64,000 bases of DNA from IMG/VR virus record IMGVR_UViG_3300021137_000001, positions 124,001 to 188,000 of that record; one strand, given 5' to 3'. Made by a program: the position numbers and the translations under genes. Each line of letters begins with the position of its first letter. Positions within the stretch are counted from its first letter, which is position 1. The notes beneath the pieces were generated by a model, which was not told the DNA's origin, did no database searches, and worked only from the letters and a program-made list of their open reading frames with translations. Below are positions 18,699 to 27,950 of the stretch, in pieces.

Positions 18699-18956
18699 AT
18701 GACAGCTACACAAAGTTATGATGATCATGATTATAGCAATGACAATCTCGAAGAAGCAGAATTCGGACAGCTCCATGCAATTCATAATAACATGAATCAT
18801 ATTGCCGCAGTGCAACGTGAGCTTGCTAAACAAGCATTACAACCAAGTTTAAGTGAATGCGAAGAATGTGGTGAAGATATCCCACTAGCACGTCAGTTAG
18901 CAATCCCCGGTGTTAAACTTTGCGTATTTTGTAAAGAACGTGCAGAACGACATTGA
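18699..18956 (+). CDS. TraR/DksA C4-type zinc-finger protein
   Basis: CEECGEDIPLARQLAIPGVKLCVFC. Confidence 0.92.
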   Translation: MTATQSYDDHDYSNDNLEEAEFGQLHAIHNNMNHIAAVQRELAKQALQPSLSECEECGEDIPLARQLAIPGVKLCVFCKERAERH

Positions 18957-19008
18957 TCTTTTGAAATAAATCCTGTATACTTAATAAACAATCACAAAAG
19001 GAAATACA

Positions 19009-19629
19009 ATGCCGAATTTAGTCCCAATGGTAGTAGAACGTACAAGTCAAGGCGAACGTGCTTATGACATTTATTCACGTCTACTTAAAGATCGTATCGT
19101 TATGTTAGATACAGATGTTAACGAGCAGACAGCAAGTTCAATCGTTGCACAGTTGCTATTTTTAGAAAGCGAAAGCCCAGAGAAAGACATTTTGTTCTAC
19201 ATTAACTCACCGGGCGGAAGCGTAACTGCTGGCTTGGCAATTTACGATACAATGCAGTTTATTAAATGCGATGTGTCGACTATTGTACTTGGACAAGCAT
19301 GTTCAATGGGTTCATTCTTGGCGCAAGCTGGTGCTAAAGGTAAGCGTATTGTATTGCCAGAAGCACGTACAATGATTCATCGAGTTAGCTCCGGCACTCC
19401 GGGCACACGTGGTAGCGTACACGTACAAGAATTACAATTCGAAGATGCTAAACGTAGCTTTGACGAATCAATGCGTATTAATCAACGCTTAACTGAATTG
19501 TATGTACGTCATAATACTGCGGGAAAAACTTACGAAGACTTATTTGAAACTATGAAGTTTGATACGTTCTTATCAGCAGACGAAGCAGTAGCATATGGTT
19601 TGGCAGATGAAGTTATTACAAAACGTTAA
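19009..19629 (+). CDS. clpP: ATP-dependent Clp protease proteolytic subunit
   Basis: [25 protein letters not shown] (Ser) and MIH (His). Confidence 0.97.
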   Translation: MPNLVPMVVERTSQGERAYDIYSRLLKDRIVMLDTDVNEQTASSIVAQLLFLESESPEKDILFYINSPGGSVTAGLAIYDTMQFIKCDVSTIVLGQACSMGSFLAQAGAKGKRIVLPEARTMIHRVSSGTPGTRGSVHVQELQFEDAKRSFDESMRINQRLTELYVRHNTAGKTYEDLFETMKFDTFLSADEAVAYGLADEVITKR

Positions 19630-20942
19630 TGCTTAAAGATACATTTTGCTCAAGTCCATGGTTTCATATTAGGATAGGGCCATCGGGTAAATTTTTACCT
19701 TGCCGATGGGGGTCGCATGACGATACTGGTTATAATATTGCAACAACATCTATCGCAGAATTTATGAATTCTGATATCATGCAAGGAATTAGAGCCTCTC
19801 TATTAGATGGTGACAAATTACGTATGTGCAGTAGTTGTCATTATGAAGATTCGAACAATAAAGTAAGTGGACGTCAACGCCAACTCTTAAAGAGCGTAAT
19901 TAGTATTACAAATTTTGATAAGACATTTTGTGCAAGCCCACATTATGAAATATTTGAATATAGTGCCACTAATAATGGTCATACTAATAGTTTGCCAATT
20001 GATTTACAAATTGATCTCGGCAATACTTGTAATAGTGGTTGTATTATGTGTACTCCGACTTATAGCAGTAAATTATCTAACGACTATGTTAAACTTAACA
20101 AACTAGAACCGACATTATTTAAATCCTTTTCTAAATTTAAGAATTGGGCAGATGATCCAATATTAATGGATAAGTTTGTAGCAGAATTAATTACTATTCC
20201 TAACATTAAATACATACATTTCTTGGGTGGTGAAACACTTTACTTAAAAAGTTTTTATGATATTTGTGAAAGATTAATAGAAGCAGGAGTTGCGAAGGAT
20301 ATTAATATCGGAACAACAACTAATTGTACTGTGTATTCAGAAGAATTAGAAAACATTATTAAGAATTTTAAGCATGTTCATTTGGGACTTAGTATTGAAT
20401 CTCTACATGAAGTTAATGATTATATTCGTTATCCGAGTACGATTGATTCAGTATCATCGAACATTCAGAAATTTTTGGATCTTAGAAAGCAAACTAATTT
20501 ACATTTAAGTTTGCGTATAACGCCGACTATCTTCAGCATTTATCATTTAGATACATTATTTGAATTTATGATTAATAATTCTATTATTGCAGAAAGTTGT
20601 GATATATTATACGAACCGAGTTGGTTACGAATTGAACTATTGCCACCAAATTTAATTGCTATTGCACTTGAAAAACTTAATGCAGTTATAAATAAATATC
20701 AATTAACCAATAGTAATCAGGTTATTATTAATCGCAGGCGAGATGATTTGATTGACCCAGTTATTACAAGCATACTTTTTGAATATAAACATTTCCTTGA
20801 GAATTACCAAGTACCCAATGATGTGGACGAAGAACGCCACAATTTAGTTAAATTTATTAAAGCATTCGAATCATTGCGCAATAATACAATATTGGATTAT
20901 CTCCCAGAATATGAAGAATTTTTACGACAGTACGGTTATTAA
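19629..20942 (+). CDS. Radical SAM protein with N-terminal twitch/SPASM-like domain
   Basis: CxxPW...PC...CxxC followed by CNSGCIMC and GGETL. Confidence 0.88.
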   Translation: MLKDTFCSSPWFHIRIGPSGKFLPCRWGSHDDTGYNIATTSIAEFMNSDIMQGIRASLLDGDKLRMCSSCHYEDSNNKVSGRQRQLLKSVISITNFDKTFCASPHYEIFEYSATNNGHTNSLPIDLQIDLGNTCNSGCIMCTPTYSSKLSNDYVKLNKLEPTLFKSFSKFKNWADDPILMDKFVAELITIPNIKYIHFLGGETLYLKSFYDICERLIEAGVAKDINIGTTTNCTVYSEELENIIKNFKHVHLGLSIESLHEVNDYIRYPSTIDSVSSNIQKFLDLRKQTNLHLSLRITPTIFSIYHLDTLFEFMINNSIIAESCDILYEPSWLRIELLPPNLIAIALEKLNAVINKYQLTNSNQVIINRRRDDLIDPVITSILFEYKHFLENYQVPNDVDEERHNLVKFIKAFESLRNNTILDYLPEYEEFLRQYGY

Positions 20943-21294
20943 ACCAACCCTAAGATTAGATGTAGTAATTACATTAACTCCTGTCGGTCAGTGTCCATGC
21001 ATTGTATTAATCAATGATGGAGTAATTTATAACAACAAGTTAACTGAACTAACGGTATTACAGCACAGTCATTCATTAATCGATCCATTAAATATATCAA
21101 TAAATGTAACCCGTCAACATCCCGATGCAGTAATAGTCGACATTACTGTAGACGGATTTCCTATCATTCCATTATATCAACATTATGCGCAACCGCCGAC
21201 TGATTACATAGATACCAATGATACTTGGGTATTAACCATTCCGAGTTTTTATCCGTGGTATCATGAAATTACTGGACAAGGTTGGATTGCTTAA
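20911..21294 (+). CDS. Hypothetical protein
   Basis: Overlaps the radical SAM gene; PFYPWYH-type C-terminus. Confidence 0.7.
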   Translation: MKNFYDSTVIKPTLRLDVVITLTPVGQCPCIVLINDGVIYNNKLTELTVLQHSHSLIDPLNISINVTRQHPDAVIVDITVDGFPIIPLYQHYAQPPTDYIDTNDTWVLTIPSFYPWYHEITGQGWIA

Positions 21295-21302
21295 AATAAA
21301 GG

Positions 21303-21331
21303 TTGACATCTGGTTGTTTTGGCTGTATAAT
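21303..21331 (+). promoter_or_regulatory. Sigma70-type early promoter
   Basis: TTGACA-N17-TATAAT. Confidence 0.9.
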
Positions 21332-21388
21332 GCTATACATACACTAACAACACGGAGTAATAAAAAATGAATGCACAACAAATTACAA
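21323..21388 (+). repeat. 66-bp direct repeat, copy 2
   Basis: 65/66 identical to 7123-7188. Confidence 0.95.
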
Positions 21389-21639
21389 CTGCTTTAGTTC
21401 AAGGTACATTTACTAACGAAGAATTACAAAGCGTAATCGAAGCTGTTAAGTATGCTCGCGTTAAGTTAGGTAGAGCAACTAAACGTAGTTTAACTGTAGG
21501 TGATAATGTTTCATTTGTTAGCTCACGTAGCGGGCTAACTGTTAAAGGTACAGTGCTTAAAATTGCAATTAAAAATGTACGTGTTAGCACTGCACAAGGC
21601 ATTTGGAACGTGCCAGCTAATATGTTGGAAGTTGCATAA
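21367..21639 (+). CDS. Small SH3/KOW-like hypothetical early protein
   Basis: VGDNVSF...GTV.K...V.V...W.VPANML. Confidence 0.75.
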   Translation: MNAQQITTALVQGTFTNEELQSVIEAVKYARVKLGRATKRSLTVGDNVSFVSSRSGLTVKGTVLKIAIKNVRVSTAQGIWNVPANMLEVA

Positions 21640-21690
21640 TAACAGTTAACTTGCATTGGAACAATTCAAATGTTACAATGCAGATTTTGG

Positions 21691-21719
21691 TTGACAGTTT
21701 ACCAAAATGGTTATATAAT
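21691..21719 (+). promoter_or_regulatory. Sigma70-type promoter
   Basis: TTGACA-N17-TATAAT. Confidence 0.85.
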
Positions 21720-21756
21720 AGTATTTAGAAGTTAATTAAACGACAGGAGAACTAAA

Positions 21757-21951
21757 ATGCGATTCGAAGTTAGTTATAAAACTTTAGCACGTGGCTTAAA
21801 TGAAGGTGGTAGTATTCAGGGCACCGATGGCCCAAGCAACTATGTTGTTGTAGTTGAAGCGGCAAATCAAAATTATGCAGAAAATCAAGTACGCAATATG
21901 AACGGTGGTGCAAATCGTTGTATCATTCAATACGCACGTCACATTAGTTAA
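21757..21951 (+). CDS. Hypothetical protein
   Basis: AGGAG RBS. Confidence 0.75.
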   Translation: MRFEVSYKTLARGLNEGGSIQGTDGPSNYVVVVEAANQNYAENQVRNMNGGANRCIIQYARHIS

Positions 21952-21962
21952 GGGAAGTAAAA

Positions 21963-22277
21963 ATGGCATACGCAGTAATCACAGTATCGAACGGTATCGA
22001 ACTTAAAAAAGTACCACTAGGATTTTCTTGGACCACGTTCTTTTTTAGTGGTATCCCGGCATTACTTCGTCAGGATTGGTTACCTGGAATTCTTATCATT
22101 GTAGCCAATGTGTTTACGTGGGGCATTGCAGGTATTGTTATGGCATTTATCTATAACAAGATGTATGCAAAGTCACTGTTTGAAAAAGGTTTTACTATTC
22201 AGTCTTTACCACTTGGACAAACTGCTGAATCAGTGAAAAGCTATTTAGGTTATATTAAATTCCCAAACGAAGCATAG
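21963..22277 (+). CDS. Membrane protein (DUF2628-like)
   Basis: GFSWTTFFF..PALLR.DW...YNKMY...KGF. Confidence 0.7.
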   Translation: MAYAVITVSNGIELKKVPLGFSWTTFFFSGIPALLRQDWLPGILIIVANVFTWGIAGIVMAFIYNKMYAKSLFEKGFTIQSLPLGQTAESVKSYLGYIKFPNEA

Positions 22278-22288
22278 GAGAACTAGTA

Positions 22289-22480
22289 ATGGCAAAGAAA
22301 AATAAAGCAATTGTAAATGGTGTTGACAGTTTTAGTGTTAGCATTTTAGACAATGGTTATACATTGGAGTACACTGGTAACAACAGTGACAATGATTGGG
22401 TCACCAATAAAGTTATTGTTGGTGATGTAGATAAACTTTGTGAATTAATCCGCGGCGTGGTTGTACTTCCGCAGGCATAA
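22289..22480 (+). CDS. Hypothetical protein
   Basis: AGGAG RBS. Confidence 0.7.
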   Translation: MAKKNKAIVNGVDSFSVSILDNGYTLEYTGNNSDNDWVTNKVIVGDVDKLCELIRGVVVLPQA

Positions 22481-22489
22481 GGAGAAAGT

Positions 22490-22813
22490 ATGTTTAAGAT
22501 AGTAGGCGTTTCGACGCATGCAGGACAAACAAAAGTACGTTTTGCAAATGACTTTGTAACACGTGTTAAGACATTAGTTAAAGGTGGACACACTAATGTT
22601 AATCTAATTGAAATGGATACATTCTGTTCTAAAGCAGATGCAGTCGCGTATCTTAAGACAACTGACTTAATCAACACTCCGCTATTTGCACAAGCAATTG
22701 CCGAAGCAGATGAGAAGTACAATGGTTCTGGCGCACCAGTTTATCGTGTTACCAAACCCGAGTTAAGTTTAGATGCTATTCGTTCACGTATCAATGTGGA
22801 GAAAACTGCGTAG
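22490..22813 (+). CDS. Hypothetical phage protein
   Basis: AAGGAG RBS; KVRFAND motif. Confidence 0.75.
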   Translation: MFKIVGVSTHAGQTKVRFANDFVTRVKTLVKGGHTNVNLIEMDTFCSKADAVAYLKTTDLINTPLFAQAIAEADEKYNGSGAPVYRVTKPELSLDAIRSRINVEKTA

Positions 22814-22876
22814 TTAACTAAATAGCTATAATGCTGTCCTAAATGCAATCTTAATGACGGCCTTAGGGGAGTCATT

Positions 22877-23299
22877 ATGAAACTTGCTTTAGTAGCATTG
22901 CTCGTATCGCTATCAGTTAGCGCAGAAGAAGTACCAAAAGAAATGTACATGCCAAATGATGCTGGTGGCTTTGTTGTATTAACTACAGAGCCCTGTGCAT
23001 TTGAACAAGTGGCAAAAGAATATGAGTACAGAACTTATGCTACAGAAAGTTCAGATGTAGTAGCACACGAAGGTTGCTGGACTCTGCCAGATGTATCGAA
23101 TGTGCCAACTAAGTTATTTTCAAAGTCAGAAGGCGCACCGGAAGCACCAACAATACGTGTTATTGTTATAGTTAATACTTGGTGGAAAGAGGGCGGTAAG
23201 GCATCATTCTTTCAAACAAACTTTAATAAAGAGAAGAAACGTTATTTAAGTAATGGCACATTTGAACTGACATTGCCACCAATTGTAGTTAAGCCATAA
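22877..23299 (+). CDS. Secreted/periplasmic hypothetical protein
   Basis: Signal peptide; GCW motif. Confidence 0.7.
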   Translation: MKLALVALLVSLSVSAEEVPKEMYMPNDAGGFVVLTTEPCAFEQVAKEYEYRTYATESSDVVAHEGCWTLPDVSNVPTKLFSKSEGAPEAPTIRVIVIVNTWWKEGGKASFFQTNFNKEKKRYLSNGTFELTLPPIVVKP

Positions 23300-23308
23300 G
23301 GAAGTAAA

Positions 23309-23440
23309 ATGAAAAGAAAGAAATTAATAAGAAAAATGTATCTAGCATGTGTGCGTAAGAATACAAAGAAACAAAAGAAACTATGGCTTAAAGCATTAAA
23401 GCTAAGTTTGAAACACAAACACACTGAAGTAATTCAGTAA
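23309..23440 (+). CDS. Small highly basic protein (43 aa) immediately upstream of tmRNA
   Basis: AAGGA RBS; MKRKKLIRKMYLACVRK... Confidence 0.6.
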   Translation: MKRKKLIRKMYLACVRKNTKKQKKLWLKALKLSLKHKHTEVIQ

Positions 23441-23447
23441 AAGAAAT

Positions 23448-23783
23448 TGTTGTATAACTCTCAAAGTAAGGATTGCAAGACGCGGGGGCAGAACCCGCCA
23501 TCTCCACCAAAGATATATTAAGCAATATTGGCAAGAAACGCCATAAGTTCGGTAGTATATCTTTGATGGGGATGACTTAGATTCGATTGCGATAGATAGG
23601 ATAAAGGGCAACACGTGGGGTCACGTTAAATGCAAAAACCGTAAATGCAGAAAAAGCAAATACAACTGGTGCAGTAAAAGTATCTATGGGTCGTGGCTTC
23701 CGCTTCGGTTCACGTACTGATGCTGCTGTTTTAGCTTAGTCTAAAACAACCGGGGTAGGACTTACCTGGCAACAGAAACAACC
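23448..23783 (+). ncRNA. ssrA: Circularly permuted two-piece tmRNA (outer ends approximate)
   Basis: T-arm plus CATCTCCACCA ending 23509; hairpin spacer; GGGGATG 5' end at 23568 (G3-U70 pair); tag ORF 23647-23739; terminator follows. Confidence 0.92.
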
Positions 23784-23808
23784 AAAAAGCCCCGCAAGGG
23801 GCTTTTTT
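23784..23808 (+). terminator. Rho-independent terminator of tmRNA
   Basis: AAAAAGCCCC-GCAA-GGGGCTTTTTT. Confidence 0.9.
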
Positions 23809-23832
23809 ACGACAACGCAAATAAATACTATT

Positions 23833-24234
23833 ATGGGAAGACCAAAACTAATAGAAACAGAAGAAGAACGCAGACTACGATTACGAGCTGCTTATAACCG
23901 ATGGATAGCAAAACCTGGTAATAAGGAAAAGAAATATAAATCGGATAAGAAATATTCAGCAGACGCACATAAGCGTTGGCGTCAAGCAAATAAGCATAAG
24001 ACACGATTAAAAAGTGCCAACGAACGAGCCGCAAGATTACAGAGAATCCCACCGTGGGCAGATAAAGAAGCGGTTAAAGAGTTTTATCTAAGCTGCCCTG
24101 CAGGATATCATGTTGATCATATAATTCCGTTGCGTGGTAAAATAGTAAGCGGACTACATATAGTAGAGAATATGCAATATCTTATAGCTGAAGTAAATTT
24201 AAGTAAAAGTAACAAATATGTGATATCCGCCTAA
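23833..24234 (+). CDS. HNH endonuclease
   Basis: HVDHIIPL.GK.VSGLH..EN.Q.L....N.SKSNK. Confidence 0.9.
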   Translation: MGRPKLIETEEERRLRLRAAYNRWIAKPGNKEKKYKSDKKYSADAHKRWRQANKHKTRLKSANERAARLQRIPPWADKEAVKEFYLSCPAGYHVDHIIPLRGKIVSGLHIVENMQYLIAEVNLSKSNKYVISA

Positions 24235-24310
24235 GAAACTGCTTCGTCCGGGGTAGCTATACCTTGTTACCAAAACTAGTAGAAAGCTCACTTCGGTGGG
24301 CTTTCTTTTT
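24229..24310 (+). repeat. Diverged second copy of the tmRNA 3' end plus terminator
   Basis: CCGGGGTAG....TACCT.G..AC..AAAC matches 23750-23779 and is followed by a TTCG-loop terminator at 24281-24310. Confidence 0.7.
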
Positions 24311-24312
24311 GG

Positions 24313-24341
24313 TTGACATTTTAGTAAATCGAGCGTATAAT
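24313..24341 (+). promoter_or_regulatory. Sigma70-type promoter
   Basis: TTGACA-N17-TATAAT. Confidence 0.88.
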
Positions 24342-24418
24342 AGCTTTATAAGCTAAGAGAACGGCTTATTTTGTAAACAATGTTTACATAATTTTGTACA
24401 TTATACGGAGAAGTAACA

Positions 24419-25408
24419 ATGAGTAAATCTGAAGATTTAAAAATGCAACCTTTTGATCCTAGTCAAGGACGCAAAGACAAGAAAGTGTCTTTGATTCAAG
24501 TTGGACGAATGGTCCAAAAACGAGTCGGCACTATTGCAACAAACCCAAGTTTCCCATACCAAGATATATTAAAGTTTGCATGGGTGCCTGCTGAATTAGT
24601 TTATTTTAATTATGAGCGCCAACGTTGGCCTGAGCCAAAACACCAAAAGAAACTACGTGGTAAGTGGAATATTCATTGCGTAACTCCGCTTCAATGCCGT
24701 TATAGTCCTAGCGAAAATCGTTACTATGGTGCAGATGGTCAACAACACTCCACTGAGTGGATTGCGCAGTATGGAGAGCAAAGCATGGTTCCTGTATTCT
24801 ATGTTGAGAGTGAGGACGAAAATGTAGAATCGATTATGTTATTGGCACTTAATAATGATAATGAGCCGATGGCAAAATATTTTATTCACCAACAAGAAGT
24901 TATCATGGGTGAGAAAGATGCTGTTGCCCTTGAAAATTGTGTTATCGATGCTGGTTGTACTACCGGCTACAAAAAACGTACAGCAGGAGTTATTACTCAC
25001 ATCAGTGATTTAACCATGGCCCGGGATCAGTTTGGGTTAGGTGCGCTAGGACAAATTTTAAGTAAAATGCGTACATATTGGCCGACTGAAAAAATCGCCA
25101 CAGCAACTATGCTAGGCTTCCTTAAAGTTCGTGAACTTATGATATCTGCTGAATTATATACAGATGACTTATTTGAAGATGTTGTATATCAAAATTCAAA
25201 TTTCTTTGAGAGTAGTGATAGACTTCACGGCGACATTAAGGATCAATTTGAATATGAGTACCCAACAAACTACAAGGGTATGGGTGTTCGTGAAAAAATT
25301 GCAAGCGGTATCATTGATGCGTATGAATATAAGACTGGTAAAACATTAGTTGCCAAACCATTTAGCATTACGATGCCAGTAATCGATGATGAACTAAAGG
25401 CGGCATAA
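24419..25408 (+). CDS. ParB/Srx-fold protein (DUF262/DndB/DUF6551-like)
   Basis: YERQR and DGQQH motifs; later LNN. Confidence 0.65.
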   Translation: MSKSEDLKMQPFDPSQGRKDKKVSLIQVGRMVQKRVGTIATNPSFPYQDILKFAWVPAELVYFNYERQRWPEPKHQKKLRGKWNIHCVTPLQCRYSPSENRYYGADGQQHSTEWIAQYGEQSMVPVFYVESEDENVESIMLLALNNDNEPMAKYFIHQQEVIMGEKDAVALENCVIDAGCTTGYKKRTAGVITHISDLTMARDQFGLGALGQILSKMRTYWPTEKIATATMLGFLKVRELMISAELYTDDLFEDVVYQNSNFFESSDRLHGDIKDQFEYEYPTNYKGMGVREKIASGIIDAYEYKTGKTLVAKPFSITMPVIDDELKAA

Positions 25409-25851
25409 TGGCAAAATTATATAATAAATATGACCCCGGCACATATCATAGCCGTACCCTTTATCGTATAGTTTGCAATACCAATGACTTACGTCCTGTT
25501 TGGGCATATAAAAATGCCAACAAATGGGGTGTAGAAAACGAACCGTTTTTAAAACTATGCGGCGAAATGTGCTCGTGTTGTGGAAGTACTTTAAACTATG
25601 GATTAGGTAAAAACAACATAGAAGATAAACTTGATATTAACACTCCTAGCACCGATCATATTGTGTCGCAGGACGAAGCTAAAAAGTTGGGTTGGTCTAA
25701 GGAACAAATACATGACATAAGCAATCTTTGGATTATATGTATGCGATGCAATTTGTTGAAAAATAATTCAACCGCAGAAGATATACATCGTTACAAGGCA
25801 ATTGTGGAAGTATTAGAACGTACTAAATTAAACAGTATATTAATTGAATAA
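25408..25851 (+). CDS. HNH nuclease translationally coupled to the ParB-like gene
   Basis: CSCCG...STDHIV...NLWIICMRCN..K; TAATG overlap. Confidence 0.85.
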   Translation: MAKLYNKYDPGTYHSRTLYRIVCNTNDLRPVWAYKNANKWGVENEPFLKLCGEMCSCCGSTLNYGLGKNNIEDKLDINTPSTDHIVSQDEAKKLGWSKEQIHDISNLWIICMRCNLLKNNSTAEDIHRYKAIVEVLERTKLNSILIE

Positions 25852-25965
25852 AAATAAATCCACAGAAACCCATTGACATAAGTAATTATCTGTAATACAC
25901 TATGTATTTCGTGCCTAACTTAGGGCGGCGTACATAATTCTATTTGCTTAATAAAGGAGTAAGAA

Positions 25966-27856
<1,891 letters not shown>

Positions 27857-27875
27857 TTAGCAATATGTTATAACT

Positions 27876-27902
27876 AATAGCACCTTCGGGTGCTATTTTT
27901 TT
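27876..27902 (+). terminator. Rho-independent terminator
   Basis: AATAGCACC-TTCG-GGTGCTATTTTTTT. Confidence 0.92.
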
Positions 27903-27950
27903 GTCTGGAATAAATACTATATAATTCATTCATTTGGGGAATATGGAACC

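Noticed and set aside
6520-21390. CRISPR array from the repeated ACATACACTAACAACA units
   Set aside because: The copies are dispersed, irregularly spaced and coincide with promoters; no cas genes are present.
23479-23509. Stand-alone tRNA (T-arm plus CCA)
   Set aside because: There is no upstream acceptor 5' strand or anticodon arm; the complementary GGGGATG lies downstream, as in a permuted tmRNA.
23402-23614. 70-aa minus-strand ORF (WWRWRVLPPR)
   Set aside because: It is the antisense translation of the tmRNA acceptor/T-arm.
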